In this document: in pieces, positions 55,384 through 63,809 of the stretch
Position numbering within the stretch: position 1 is the first letter of the stretch
Layout of the letters: each line of letters starts with the position of its first letter
Assembly (NCBI GenBank): GCA_964016885.1
Contig: CAXHJY010000416.1
Coordinates: 63,312-127,311 of the forward strand
Direction: 5' to 3'
Length of the DNA stretch: 64,000 nt
Source of the DNA: Eledone cirrhosa
Lineage: Eukaryota
Notes under the pieces: model-generated
The model's input: only the letters and a program-made list of their open reading frames with translations
Databases searched by the model: none
Told to the model about the DNA's origin: nothing
Translations under genes and position numbers: made by a program

Positions 55384-58300
55384 TATTTTACATACATACA
55401 AATATGCATATACTTTATTGACCTGGAAGGAATGACAGGCAATTCTAACACCAGCATGAATTGAGCTCAAAACATATAACTAAATATTGATCTCTAATTT
55501 AGGCACAAGGTCAGAGAATTTTGTGGAAGGGTAAAGTTTATTAAATAGACCCTAGTACTTGACTGCTACTTTATTTTATCGACCCTGTAGTGATGAAAAG
55601 TAAAGTTGACCATGGTAACATGCCAAAACAAATACGGCAATGATATTTTATCCAACATTCTACCAATCTGCCACCTTTCTATATAATTAAATACAATAAA
55701 GAGTTTTATTCAACGCTCTACTGATTTAACCATTTATCACCCTCATCACAGAGTTTTATAATAAAAAGAAGAATTAATTAGAAGCTTGAAACCTTAAAAA
55801 GATTTGAAAGGTCTTTAAGTAAAAGCAAATTTAGCTGTTAGTTTGCAAAGTGAGAAGAAAACAAATCTATAAAAAATAAATGTTACATTGATAATGGTGC
55901 AATAAATATTCCAATAAATGTTAATCAGTAATGAAATTGAAATCTCAGAACACAGAAACTGGTTCATACAAAAACTATAGCTCTAACCTACAGACAATAG
56001 TGTAAGGTTATTAGTAAAAATGAATGATTAGGAAAAAAAGGTCAGTAGCGTTGGCCAGAGTTAAGGGGACTAAAACTGATAATCGGTGCAAAGTTATGAT
56101 AAATAGAGACCATACAGTTCTGTTGTTTAACCCTTTAGCATTTAAACCTGCCATATCCAGCCAGAACTCTCTCACCTCTTTCTATTCATAATCCATAACT
56201 GACTACTCGTAGATACCAATGTTAAGGTATTGTTCTCAAAATAAATAACATTAAAATCTTGTAGAGTCAATATTATGTAAGATAAAGTCTTTACTATGAA
56301 GATACAATAGTAAATATAGTTAACTCTTTTGATTCCAAACCCCAAACCATCTGAAACTGTCCTGGATTTATGATACGAAACTCCTCATTTTAAAATGTTT
56401 ATCGTTATATTAAATACTTATATCCAAACTACACTCAAGTGGTTGTGTAGGTGTCACGACAAAAAGCACCCAGTCCATGCTGTAAAGTGGTCATGTAGGA
56501 GACACGGTAAAAAAGCTCCCAGTCCACACTGTAAATGTGGTTGATGTTAGGAAGGGCATCCAGCCACAGAAAACCTGCCAGATAAAGTCCTATACGAGCG
56601 AGACATGGTCACCCGATCAAACTTGTCTCAAGCGGGACAATTCCCGTCTAACCCATGCTAGCATGGAAGATAGATGTTAAATGATGATGACGACTTCCAT
56701 CATAATATTTTAGAAATTTTTGTCAAGTAATGTTTTAAATAGCAGCTTATTAATAAAAGAGTTATTTTAATAAACACATCAAACTTATTAACTGTAACAC
56801 ATTAGAAATATGGTATCTAAAGGGTTAAGTCCTCTATAGTTTGACTGAAGCTCTTCAATTGTTTTAGTTTGAAAAAAAATAGATAATATATTAATTAAAA
56901 TGCAAGAAGTCAATTTGCAGAGTTGAACTGGCAATAATCCTACAATAAACTAAGTGTCCCATCTAGAGAAGAAATATTTTGTGCATATAACTGATGTAAT
57001 CATCATCATGATTGCATCATCATTTAAGCCTTTAGTATTCACATTACTCTGTCTTTACTATTGTATTTTTGTAGTAAACACTGTATCTCACATAATTATC
57101 TCACATAATATTGAATCTATGAGATTTTGATATTATTTATTTTGAGAACAATACCTTAACATCAGTATAAGCGGCCAGTTTCAACTGGTTTGAACAGAAA
57201 GAGGTGAGACATTTCTGGCCGGATATGGCCGGTTTGAATGCTAAAGGGATAACATCTGTTCTTCCTGGTCAGAAGTGTTGGATGGGTTGTCACAAACTAA
57301 GTAAGTGTTCAAGCAGAGTTACTGACCAGTCAGATAGACCCATATATCGTTTACATATATTCCTGTACTCTTATTGAGTATTTAGACAGGCCAGGAGTTT
57401 GCAGGATGCTTACATATGTCACTACGCTCTACTGAGTTATTTTATCGAAACATCAACACTAGGGAAGTTTTCATGCCAAGACACAACTGAAGTGTCCCCA
57501 TAACCCCTTCAAGGTTTTCTATCGCTTGATGCCCTTTCTATCAACAACCACTTTACAGGGTGTACTATGAGATGTGAAATAATCTTTGTTTTCAAAACTG
57601 ATTGATAACAAATTTTAAATCAAATTTAAATCCCCTTCTATGCCAATTTGAAACTTTTGTGAATGGGAATGGGTTAATGGTGGTAGAGGTGGTAGTAGTA
57701 GTGGTGATGGTGGTAGTAGTGGTGGTAGTAGTAGTGGTGGTGGTGCTGGTATCGGTGGTAGTGGTGGTGTTGGTGGTGGTTGTGGCAGTGTTCATGTTAT
57801 CATTAAAACTAACAACAGTGTTTTCACAATATTTCCCAGTTGGTGATGAATTACTATAATATTTTAAAATTTCTGTCAAAGGTTTATTTATTCTCCCATA
57901 ACATTATATGAAATAAAGTTATTCTATTTTTGTTATCAGCAGCAGAATAATGTAAGCTTTGTTAATCAATGATTCAACGTTAATAATAACATTGATAAGG
58001 TTAGGGGAAGCAGTACATTTTATAAATTAAGTGTAGATGCCAAGTGCTGCATGGCTGGAATGAAAATCAGTGACATGAAAACAGAGACACTTGTCTTCTC
58101 AAGAAAGCCTGCGCAGTGCACTCTATATGGGAATGGAGTTCCACTGAAGGAGGTGGAGAAGTTCAAGTATCATGAGTGATGGAAGGCAAGAGGCTGAATT
58201 AAGTGCAGAAATTGCAGGAGCTGGTGCAGTAATGCACCAGCCTACAGCATTCAATAATCAGAAGGGAGGTAGGTGTAAAAGCCAAACTCACTATTTTCAA

Positions 58301-60440
58301 TTCGGTATTCGAGCCAACCTTTACCTATGGTCATGAATCATGGATAATAATTGAAAGAATACGATAGCAAATACAAGCGACCAGAATGGGGTTCCTCCAA
58401 AGGGACTTTGGTGTAATGTTACTTAATAGAGTGCATAGCTCGGAGATCAGAGAGCTGCTACTTCTCCGAATTGAGAGGTCACAGCTCCGATACTATGGGC
58501 ATGTGGTTAGAATGTCTGAAGAAAGAATCACTGAACAGATTTTACGAGCAAATTCAACCAGCAGGAGACCCAGGGGTAGATCCCGATGGTTGGATAACAT
58601 CCATGAGCTTGACTGGTCTTGCTTGGGCATCCAGCCGGATTAGTTGAAGACAGGACCCATTGGAAGGAGTGTTTGAGAACTCTGCCCCGATGACCCTCTC
58701 AGGAATAAGTGGGAGAAGTGTACAACATTAGTTTGACTGATGTATTAACTGTAGATATATTTTAACCCTTTAATGTTCAAACCAGCCAAAATTCTCTACC
58801 TCTTTCTATTGAAACTGGCTGTAACTGGCCACTCATACAGATGTTAAGGTATTGTTCTCAAAATAAATACTTTCAAAATCTCATAGATTTGATATTATGT
58901 GAGATAATTATGCGAGGTATAGCCTTTACCATGAAAATATAATAGTATATATAGAGTAATGTGAATGCTAAAGGGTTAACACTATAACAATAACTATCGA
59001 ATTGATTAAATATCAGCATGAAAAAAGCTAACATTTAATCAACAATGATATGTTAACAGATGTAACATAACAAATAACAGCTTATTATATTGATCACTGC
59101 TGCTGCCACCACCAACAACAACACAGCTACCAACCACCACTACCAACAACACTACCAATACCCCCACCACCAACACCACCACCAATACCACCACTACCAA
59201 CACCACCACCACCATCACCAACACCACTACTACCAACACCACCGCTACCACCAACACTATTACCACTACCACCTCCACCAGCAACAACAACTACAAAACT
59301 TATTCTAAACTAATGAAAGGACTTCTATATAGCATATTATACAGTGATCTATTAAAACTAATCTTGTTTTGGAATTTCTGAGAGCAGGAATTATCTTTAT
59401 TATACACTGTAAACATAGTTGGTTGGTGTTAGGAAGGGCATCCAGCAGTAAAGATCCCAGCCAAATTTACAGTTATGTCTGAGCAAGGTACAGCACAGCC
59501 AAGTTGCCAGACTTGTCTCATGGTGTGGGTGACCCGTCTAACCCATGCAAACATGGAAAATGGATGTTAAATGGTGATGATACACTGACATATTTAGATC
59601 AATTTATAATTGTTTCTACTTTAGGCACAAGGCCAGCAATTACCCAGTGCATTACTGGTACTTTATTTTATCGACCCCGTAAGGATGAAAGGCAAAGTTA
59701 ACCTCGGCGGGATTTGAACTCAGATCGTAAAGGGACGTAACTATGCTGGAAAGCATGGCGTCCAACCCTCCACTGATACTGCCAATCCACCGCCTTTAGA
59801 TCAATTTATAATAATGATAAACCAGGACTTGACCAACTGCTTTCTTTTTGTACTGGTCACCGTTGGGACCTCTGATGTCCTTGGGCCCCAAACTGCCTTT
59901 TTCCTCCACAAAATTCGAAGAATTGCTTTCCACCTGATGGAGAAGCTCCATAACATTCAGTAGAATATGAGATTGCAAGTAACCGAGATGAGGGCCCCCT
60001 CCCCAAGTCCATCTGGAAGGTCAGTAGGCCTACTTGAGTACTGACACAGTCTGTGAAGACCTGTCCGACCCATACTAGCAGAGAGAGCAGATGTGAAATG
60101 ATAGTGATGATGATATATTATTATCCTGAAGAAAAAGAATGGCTGAAATTAAAAGTACATTTGTTGTTAATTTACAAGTGTTAAACATCAAAAGATTAAT
60201 TTTGTATGATTTCTTTTAAGTGACCAGATAGAAGCATAGACAGCAGAGGTTGAGAACTGTGCATGTTACATGGAAAGGAAGCAACACCATATACCAAAAG
60301 CTTATCTAACAACAATAACAACAACCACAGGCAAAAGAACAACCACAGACAAGATTCCTGAGCAATACCTCAGTTTCACTGCTAACATCTGAAATTGCTT
60401 CTTGAGCTTCATGTTCTGGTGAAGACACTGGACTTAAACT
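240..60440 (-). CDS. EEA1: Early endosome antigen 1, partial gene model (20 exons, 732 codons; start exon not found, FYVE-encoding 3' exons outside window)
   Basis: All exons have AG/GT boundaries and compatible phases. The spliced peptide matches recalled human EEA1 landmarks in order: [26 protein letters not shown] (human [16 protein letters not shown]), [28 protein letters not shown] (RPGIEDVAVLKKELVQVQTLM), [14 protein letters not shown] (IQAGEGETAVLNQL), RVDLENHL (RADLQNHL). Confidence 0.95.
1287..1517 (-). CDS. EEA1: EEA1 exon: [18 protein letters not shown]...LQGELQTK (231 nt)
   Basis: TTTCTAG acceptor, AAG|GTGAGA donor; coiled coil. Confidence 0.88.
1987..2040 (-). CDS. EEA1: EEA1 exon: [18 protein letters not shown]
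   Basis: CAG acceptor, GTAGGT donor; matches human IQAGEGETAVLNQLQEKN. Confidence 0.92.
2301..2394 (-). CDS. EEA1: EEA1 exon: [31 protein letters not shown]
   Basis: CAG acceptor, AAG|GTTTGA donor; matches human LEKEREDLYAK. Confidence 0.88.
3070..3680. repeat. Compound repeat actaaactcca(ta)n, degenerating rightwards
   Basis: Recurrent tactaaactccatat units with variable TA or TG spacers. Confidence 0.8.
3714..3796 (-). CDS. EEA1: EEA1 exon: [27 protein letters not shown]
   Basis: TAG acceptor, AG|GTAGGT donor; phase 0-2. Confidence 0.83.
4765..5060. repeat. Minisatellite, about 50-bp unit (atattttaagtcctaaatctaggatagtaataggtaaaagaaaggactac), about 6 copies
   Basis: Period of 50 visible at 4921/4971/5021. 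Confidence 0.9.
5774..5860 (-). CDS. EEA1: EEA1 exon: [29 protein letters not shown]
   Basis: TTCTAG acceptor, GTAAGT donor; 87 nt. Confidence 0.85.
5885..6640. repeat. Degenerate AT-rich tandem repeat (aactacattatata-like)
   Basis: Many approximate 14-bp units. Confidence 0.8.
7424..7561 (-). CDS. EEA1: EEA1 exon: [46 protein letters not shown]
   Basis: TTTCAG acceptor, AAG|GTATGA donor; 138 nt. Confidence 0.88.
7783..8125 (+). repeat. Tandemly expanded ~48-bp sub-repeat of an RTE LINE 3' UTR followed by its terminal segment
   Basis: gtaaagtggtcatgtaggtgtc...aaaaagcacccagtccacact about 5 times; the same motif occurs in the UTR at 33490-33600. Confidence 0.75.
8176..8343 (-). CDS. EEA1: EEA1 exon: LKEDCKKYQ...[10 protein letters not shown] (168 nt)
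   Basis: TTTCAG acceptor, AAG|GTACC donor; coiled coil. Confidence 0.85.
9126..9727 (+). mobile_element. 3' fragment of RTE LINE (family 2) with (GAT)n tail
   Basis: Aligns by eye to 33354-33759 (ORF end plus 3' UTR); ends in gttaaacgatgatgatg. Confidence 0.8.
9865..11790. repeat. Minisatellite, 50-bp unit (ggtccataggtgtgctagaaatagcagctaaatagggggaacctcatggt), interrupted at about 11075-11545
   Basis: Period of 50 visible at 10101/10151/10201/10251. Confidence 0.93.
13019..13186 (-). CDS. EEA1: EEA1 exon: [15 protein letters not shown]...KLNLENEQ (168 nt)
   Basis: AAG acceptor after a pyrimidine tract, CAG|GTAAGT donor; coiled coil. Confidence 0.85.
13512..13750. repeat. Tandem repeat, ~59-bp unit, 4 copies, derived from a dispersed repeat
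   Basis: ttatgggtgtatttatcatgtagatcaccaatactagggaagttgccatgtctttgaca repeated; related sequence at 2985-3040, 25560-26035 and 49980-50050. Confidence 0.85.
14086..14562 (-). mobile_element. 3' fragment of RTE LINE (family 2)
   Basis: Reverse-complement match to 9126-9727; (CAT)n at the left end. Confidence 0.8.
14612..14660 (-). ncRNA. Degenerate minimal type I hammerhead motif
   Basis: Minus strand reads CTGATGA-GGTAATAATAAGATT-GAAA-CATG-TC: intact core with palindromic CATG loop III, but stems I and II are weak. Confidence 0.4.
14986..15091 (-). CDS. EEA1: EEA1 exon: [35 protein letters not shown]
   Basis: TTTCAG acceptor, GTAAGT donor; phase 2-0; coiled-coil composition. Confidence 0.85.
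15150..16410 (-). mobile_element. Decayed RTE LINE fragment split by a solo LTR
   Basis: Remnant frames [37 protein letters not shown]; homologous to 32826-33456. Confidence 0.75.
15474..15921 (-). mobile_element. Solo LTR (448 bp) with 4-bp target-site duplication GAAG
   Basis: GAAG at 15470-15473 and 15922-15925; imperfect terminal inverted repeats (TGTAGCGCTC vs TTTAGTGTTC); TATAAATA and a downstream AATAAA on the minus strand; the flanking RTE sequence rejoins when it is removed. Confidence 0.75.
16927..17128. mobile_element. Mariner-type MITE (truncated second copy at about 12717-12900)
   Basis: ~30-bp TIRs TA(T/C)GAGGG..GCTGAAA..TTCATA.GCTG with TA ends. Confidence 0.75.
17341..17409 (-). 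CDS. EEA1: EEA1 exon: [22 protein letters not shown]
   Basis: TTTTAG acceptor, GTAAGT donor; phase 2-2. Confidence 0.8.
18869..19009 (-). CDS. EEA1: EEA1 exon: [46 protein letters not shown]
   Basis: TAG acceptor, GTAAGT donor; strong match to human RPGIEDVAVLKKELVQVQTLMDNMTLERE. Confidence 0.93.
20147..20205 (-). CDS. EEA1: EEA1 exon: [19 protein letters not shown](R)
   Basis: TTCAG acceptor, AG|GTAATA donor; the split codon AG+A gives the conserved R of RPEED. Confidence 0.85.
20540..20800 (-). mobile_element. Old 3' fragment of a CRE-type RLE retrotransposon
   Basis: [12 protein letters not shown] and [14 protein letters not shown] resemble [11 protein letters not shown] and [14 protein letters not shown] of the element at 42.2-45.4 kb. 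Confidence 0.7.
20860..21455 (-). mobile_element. Decayed RTE LINE fragment
   Basis: Homologous by eye to 32880-33330 (WYGHV region and [10 protein letters not shown] remnants). Confidence 0.65.
21508..21594 (-). CDS. EEA1: EEA1 exon: [29 protein letters not shown]
   Basis: CAG acceptor, AAG|GTGAAG donor; 87 nt, phase 0-0. Confidence 0.8.
21609..21972. repeat. Minisatellite, 37-bp unit (acaagaaataatttactatttatacaataataatagt), about 10 copies
   Basis: Near-perfect tandem copies abutting an EEA1 acceptor site. Confidence 0.93.
22867..22973 (-). CDS. EEA1: EEA1 exon: [35 protein letters not shown]
   Basis: CAG acceptor, GTAAGT donor; EQKAA motif; phase 1-0. Confidence 0.9.
23736..24033. mobile_element. 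hAT-like MITE
   Basis: TIRs CAGAGGCATAACTAGGG / CCCTAGTGACACCTCTG; 8-bp flanks ggtatgag / agtatggg (6 of 8 identical). Confidence 0.6.
24174..24237 (-). CDS. EEA1: EEA1 exon: [21 protein letters not shown]
   Basis: CAG acceptor, GTAAGT donor; phase 0-1 is required to join the neighbours in frame. Confidence 0.85.
25246..25366 (-). CDS. EEA1: EEA1 exon: [40 protein letters not shown]
   Basis: CAG acceptor, GTAAAA donor; [12 protein letters not shown] landmark. Confidence 0.92.
26086..26192 (-). CDS. EEA1: EEA1 exon, C2H2 zinc finger 2: [35 protein letters not shown] (107 nt, phase 0-2)
   Basis: Poly-T plus TTTCTAG acceptor, GTAAGT donor; C-X2-C-X12-H-X4-H; phase fits the next exon. Confidence 0.92.
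26355..27839 (-). mobile_element. 5'-truncated RTE-clade LINE (family 1) with an open reverse transcriptase frame (about 490 codons)
   Basis: [70 protein letters not shown]; stop followed directly by a TA tract; TA on both sides. Confidence 0.95.
27859..28452 (+). mobile_element. Second, decayed RTE family-1 fragment in inverted orientation
   Basis: High identity to the reverse complement of about 26572-27170, with a stop and frameshifts. Confidence 0.93.
28612..29077. repeat. Compound microsatellite [(TA)n TTATG]n
   Basis: Directly visible. Confidence 0.95.
29273..29610 (+). mobile_element. tRNA-derived CORE-type SINE
   Basis: Same family as 34509-34846. Confidence 0.85.
30098..30930. repeat. 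Compound microsatellite [(TA)n TTATG]n with an orientation switch near 30828
   Basis: TTATG units change to CATAA units. Confidence 0.95.
31071..31150 (+). ncRNA. Minimal type I hammerhead motif in a Penelope pLTR-like remnant
   Basis: CTGAAGA (31086), long stem II AGGcATGCCATATT/AATATGGTATcCCT, GAAA-TATG-TA; stem I TATTTTAT/ATGAAATA after a 2-nt offset. Confidence 0.6.
31274..32755. repeat. 1.5-kb compound microsatellite [(TA)n TTATG]n grading to [(TA)nT]n
   Basis: Directly visible. Confidence 0.95.
32826..33759 (+). mobile_element. 5'-truncated RTE LINE (family 2): ORF C-terminus, 3' UTR and (GAT)n tail
   Basis: [40 protein letters not shown]; stop at 33456. Confidence 0.92.
33768..34440 (+). 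mobile_element. Small non-coding fold-back element with ~120-bp inverted arms (related copies at about 46488-46650 and 51220-51640)
   Basis: 33768-33888 is the near-perfect reverse complement of 34231-34351; all three copies share the tail ...aataaatatttgctctac...ttatcgagccctc...ggattttagtcttca. Confidence 0.8.
34443..34509. repeat. (GA)n microsatellite
   Basis: Directly visible. Confidence 0.95.
34509..34846 (+). mobile_element. tRNA-derived CORE-type SINE with RTE-derived 3' tail
   Basis: A box TGGCTTAGTGG, B box GAGTTCAATTC, CORE-like ccttgagcaagacacttt; the 3' part matches the LINE UTR at 33490-33760. Confidence 0.85.
35125..35497 (-). mobile_element. RTE family-2 3' fragment
   Basis: [22 protein letters not shown] remnant plus UTR. 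Confidence 0.8.
35593..40017 (-). mobile_element. Penelope-like retroelement: 5'-truncated copy plus inverted partial copy, inserted in TA repeat
   Basis: RT-GIY-YIG ORF; 35670-37019 and 38667-40017 are near-identical inverted arms, a hallmark of PLE insertions. Confidence 0.95.
36870..38650 (-). CDS. Penelope-like RT plus C-terminal GIY-YIG endonuclease (open, N-terminally truncated)
   Basis: [44 protein letters not shown]; linker CNC-x5-CPL-x3-C; VIYQC...YIGLT...KTRLYQH; C-terminal CNLC. The frame stays open upstream of the listed ORF start at 38390. Confidence 0.93.
40333..42095 (+). mobile_element. Decayed Penelope-like or non-autonomous element with ~70-bp inverted repeat and hammerhead motif
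   Basis: 40333-40404 is the reverse complement of 41922-41992; CTGATGA-AGAcGTAC...GTACcTCT-GAAA-TATG at 41890-41937; TA flanks. Confidence 0.6.
42236..45366 (-). mobile_element. CRE-clade-like non-LTR retrotransposon (PHD finger, RT, CCHC, restriction-like endonuclease), frameshifted
   Basis: [57 protein letters not shown]...HPLSC...RH, RADG...[21 protein letters not shown], spread over several frames; GC-rich; TA at both ends. Confidence 0.88.
45876..46060 (+). mobile_element. Full-length tRNA-derived SINE (Meta-domain-like core) with 23-bp target-site duplication
   Basis: attatttcataactctatagaac at 45853-45875 and 46061-46083; B box GAGTTCAAATCC; core gcctttcatccttacggggtcgataaaataaagtaccag. 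Other copies near 1010-1220, 2515-2700, 6643-6755, 8632-8955, 17490-17680 and 55485-55675. Confidence 0.9.
46741..46920 (+). mobile_element. 3' end of RTE family 1 (LWEPLYGH...GSREFYPP*)
   Basis: Near-identical to the reverse complement of 26352-26530. Confidence 0.92.
46985..47335 (-). mobile_element. CORE-type SINE (inverted copy; partial copies at 28451-28612 and about 18650-18780)
   Basis: Reverse complement of 34509-34846. Confidence 0.85.
48224..48328 (-). CDS. EEA1: EEA1 exon, C2H2 zinc finger 1: [35 protein letters not shown] (105 nt, phase 0-0)
   Basis: TTTTCAG acceptor, GTAAGT donor; C-X2-C-X12-H-X3-H; GFICPQCMK identical to recalled human EEA1. Confidence 0.92.
51315..51533. mobile_element. 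piggyBac-type MITE with TTAA target-site duplication (family also near 13236-13410, 17842-18056, 50383-50608, 56127-56323, 57024-57252, 58762-58979)
   Basis: TTAA-CCCTTTAGCATT...AACATTAAAGGG-TTAA; the empty site gcTTAAacttt is present in paralogous host repeats at about 34322 and 46533. Confidence 0.9.
52204..52264 (+). ncRNA. Canonical type I hammerhead ribozyme
   Basis: Stem I GCCTTGT/ATGAGGT (7 bp with GU), core CTGACGA, stem II ACGAAT/ATTCGT, GAAA, stem III ACC-tct-GGT, GUA triplet with predicted cleavage after 52257. Confidence 0.8.
52329..52508. mobile_element. Tc1/mariner (pogo-like) MITE, degenerate
   Basis: CAGT...gttataacgaa start, internal ttgttataa/tataacga repeats, ...cctgt end. 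Confidence 0.45.
53229..53712 (+). mobile_element. Probable solo LTR (484 bp) in a TA repeat
   Basis: TG...CA termini flanked by TATA; TATAAATA near 53358; AATAAA near 53491; higher GC than the flanks. Confidence 0.6.
54322..54373 (+). pseudogene. 5'-truncated tRNA-Glu(TTC)
   Basis: AGGATT-CCTGG-ctTTCac-CCAGG-CGGC-CTGGG-TTCAATT-CCCGG-CATGGGAA matches the eukaryotic tRNA-Glu 3' two-thirds; the first ~20 nt are replaced by TA repeat. Confidence 0.85.
54461..55342 (+). mobile_element. PLE- or retrozyme-like composite: inverted arm, direct terminal repeats and degenerate hammerhead core
   Basis: 54461-54620 inverted to 54747-54914; 54694-54805 direct repeat of 55241-55342; CTGATGA-CGAA...TTCG-GAAAC at 55210-55249. 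Confidence 0.6.
58020..58712 (+). mobile_element. Decayed RTE-like LINE fragment (family 3; another 3' end at about 63590-63770)
   Basis: [36 protein letters not shown] with stops and frameshifts. Confidence 0.8.
59100..59295. repeat. (CAC/CAA/TAC)n trinucleotide-rich repeat (similar tracts at 445-650, 2135-2280, 57675-57790)
   Basis: Directly visible. Confidence 0.9.
59611..59794 (-). mobile_element. Full-length tRNA-derived SINE with 18-bp target-site duplication
   Basis: tttagatcaatttataat at 59593-59610 and 59795-59812; same family as 45876-46060. Confidence 0.9.
60369..60440 (-). CDS. EEA1: EEA1 exon: [24 protein letters not shown] (72 nt, phase 0-0)
   Basis: Long polypyrimidine tract plus CCAG acceptor; GAG|GTATTG donor. 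Its terminal E joins GFICPQC to rebuild the EGFICPQC motif. Confidence 0.8.
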
Positions 60441-61589
60441 CTGGAAAAAAGCAAAAAAAAAAAAGGTGTTTGTTTTTATATTACACAAACAGATGTCTGT
60501 GACAACATAGCTTAAAGTGTCCCTCCGAGATACAATACAAGAGTTCCAAAGACATGGAAACTGTCAACATATACTAATATATGTTGACCAAGTGGAGATT
60601 TAAGTATGGAATGAAACACTGAAAGAGAAATAGTTATATTTAAATAATCTTTATTATTACTAAAATTATATTTACATTTGTTTTGCAGCAAAATAGTGAT
60701 GCACAATAATAACAACCTTATTTAGTAATAGGAAATCCAAGTGGAAGGAAGCTACAGTGGAGGTAGACGAAGGAAAACCTGGGCAGAGGTAGTGAGAGCT
60801 GATCTCAAATTGCTGAGACTGACAGAGGAAGTGACAAAGGACCGTGGCAAGTGAAAAAAAAACAGACGTAAAAACGATGATGATGATGATGATGAGAATA
60901 AGAACAAGATATAAGAAACTAATCTAGGAAGAAAAGAAAGATATAAAGAAAAACATGTACAAACAGAAAGAATGTAACCATTATAATGTAGAGAGATGTA
61001 AATACTATAGTTAGTGTAAAGTAAGTTTATGTAAACCTTGTAATGTTGTCTAATGTTGATATTATAATGTAAACTGGTTTAGTTGTTATAATGTAGGTGA
61101 TGCCCATGACTATACTTGGCTATTTCAATGTCTTAATGTAGTTGTTGCTCATGACTGAACTTGGTTATTCCAATGTCTTAGCCATGCTATCACCTGTAGT
61201 AATGTTACTAGTGTGGTGATTTGTATAAAAAATTACTTGAGGAAAACTCCAGCACCCCTAATTTTGGCATGTGATTGAGTGTGGATGTCTTCTCACATTT
61301 TTCTTTTTTTCTTAACATAATTTTTTTTATATTAAGTATTTTTATCTATATGCATTCTGAATCTTTCATATTCAAAACAGAATTCCAAAAAACATTTTTT
61401 AAAGGTATGATAAAAAATGTTAGAGAGAGCTAAAAAAAAAATCTACACAAAAACAAATGAGTTTAACAGTATAGCTGAACAGGTCATTCCAACTACACTG
61501 AAACAAACAGATGAAGTCTACTAACTAACTACTAAATTTATTCATTTCTTTGTGGTGACATGATAAAAGCTTTCCATTTCACACAATCT

Positions 61590-61850
61590 ACCATTGACTA
61601 CCTCAGTTCTTCACTAGATAATTCTGTATCTTCCTCAATAACTCTCTTTAATGTCTTCCATGTTTGTGTTTCACATTTGTGGTCTCCCGTAGTAAAAGTT
61701 TTGTAGTAGGTTCATTGCCTATTGGGCGGGAGATTGCCATGATGTGACCTGCAAGTTGAAAACGCCTGACATGGATGGATGTTTGAAGGGCAGGAGGTTG
61801 CCATAGATGAAATCCAACTTGATCGAACTTGCAACCTAACGTCATTAGAA
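61590..61850 (-). mobile_element. Old RTE LINE 3' remnant
   Basis: RRFQLAGHIM...KLLLRE...KHGR resembles the RTE C-terminus RRLRLAGH...LLWEP...RGR. Confidence 0.55.
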
Positions 61851-62567
61851 TCTCATGCTTTCTTTAGGAGTCATATCCCCAAAGATGTAACTCAAACAGT
61901 AATTGCAAATCTACATCAGTAGATATATGTTGAGTTATATAATTTCACTAAAACTGGACTGAAATAATCACAAGTCCAAAATAATAGGGGTGGGTGGGGG
62001 TGGGGGTGAATGGAATAACGGGGAGGGGGTTAATTTTTCTAGGTTGTCTCTTGATATTTAAAAAAAACAGAAATAGTTGTTTAATTTACATATTGAGCCC
62101 CCAACCCATCCTATTTATTTTATAATGTATGGGATTTCTAGTAATGTACTTTTTTTGTCATGTGTAATGTTTTTAATTTCGCAACAAAATTAATTGTCGC
62201 TGGAATGCTACCACTTAAAATAAAATTTTGCTGGAGATACGTTAGCAAAATTTAACAAGAGGAGGGATGGGGGTGGGGGGCGATTATTCAAAACCTGCGA
62301 GTCGATCTAAATTATCACCTTTCAGTTCACTTTAGGAGTTGTTAGTCCAGAATTATTTTGCAACAAAGAAAGAAATAATTCTTAATAAAGAACTAGATTT
62401 ATGTTATGGTATTTTAACCTGTCAAAACAATACAGGGTTAAAATAATAAGTATAAACATTATAAAATCTGAAAGATTAAAAGTTTATTGATAAAAGAAAA
62501 CTAGTTATATTGTTAAATGGAAAAAACATTGTTGTCTCTGATCGAGACAAAGCGAGAGTGTATTTCA

Positions 62568-62990
62568 ATACATATAAAAATGAAAAAACTCATTGCTAGA
62601 AAAGCCATTAAAAGAGCCAAAAACTGTCAGACAGCAAGGGGCAAAAATGCCTCAGGGGAAATAGACCAGCAGCTGGTGGTCAACAGAGAGACAATGCACA
62701 AGGTGGGGGGGACATGCAGATGGTACTCTCAATTAAATCATGTGAAACCATTTTGTTGCTTTGAGAGCTGTCTTGTTTCCTTCTTCTGGTCAATTCTGTG
62801 AGCTGGTATACTTCTCTTTTAATCTTCTCTATATTTCATCTGCCTGTCATCCACCTAGTGGATTATCTCTCTGTTGACCACTGGCTGCTGATCTCTGTCC
62901 TCTGAGGCATTTTTTCCCATTGCTGTCTTTGACAGCATTTAGCTGTTTTGACAGCTGTTCTAGCAATGAGTTTTCTCATTTTTATATGTA
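62568..62990. mobile_element. MITE-like element with ~125-bp imperfect inverted repeats
   Basis: 62568-62692 pairs with 62866-62990 (acatataaaaatga...actcattgctagaa / ttctagcaatgagt...tcatttttatatgt). Confidence 0.7.
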
Positions 62991-63809
62991 GTTATATTGT
63001 GTTTAAATATTCATGTTAGATATATCAATAGTCAAAAGAAAGATACTTTAACCCTTAATATCCTATAATGATTTAGTAGAAAATATCTAAAAAGAGGTTT
63101 GTTAATTCAAATCTTTGTAGAATCTTTTCTAATTGGTGGATATTTGTAAAAAAACGCAGTAATTAAATTAAAGCCTTTAATTCTTAATGTGATGCAATGC
63201 AGTAATAATGCTGTTTTGTACTTTTCAAGAATGCCTTGTTAATATGGTTTTATGTAGTGCAGGACATTAAGAGTTAAAGCATATTTTCATCTGCTGTAAA
63301 ATTCTATCTCTTGGAAAAGGAAAATAAAGTAGATTTTTCAAGGAGATGAAAAAAAAGTTTAATATTTACATCCATGCTATATCTTGATTGCTTTCATTCT
63401 ATATTGTTAAACAGGATTCAAAGTAGAAATTGTAATTAAAAATTAAGTCCAACATTTGAATCTAAATAGCTGTTATGGAGTACACATTTGGAGTAAGATA
63501 TGCAATGATGATAAAAAGATTGAAGCCTTGTGTAAACATGAACGAGAATTTACAAATATTAATAATTTCTGGGGTTTTTTTCAGATTTCAGAGCCAAACC
63601 AACCAGCAGGAGACCCCAAGCAAGATGGTTGGATAACATGCATGAGCTTGACTGGTTTCACTTGGGGATTCAGCTGGCTCAGTTGGAAGTGGTTGCTTCT
63701 GACATGACCTGCTGGAAGGAATGTTTGAAGACTGGGCTCCCACAACCCTCTCAGGAATAAATGGGTGAAGGGTTTCTGATTTAAGCACAAGGCCAGCAAT
63801 TTAGGAGCT

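Noticed and set aside
57592-59308. Poly-Thr, poly-Val and poly-His ORFs (also 2092-2298)
   Set aside because: Trinucleotide repeats in introns without splice support.
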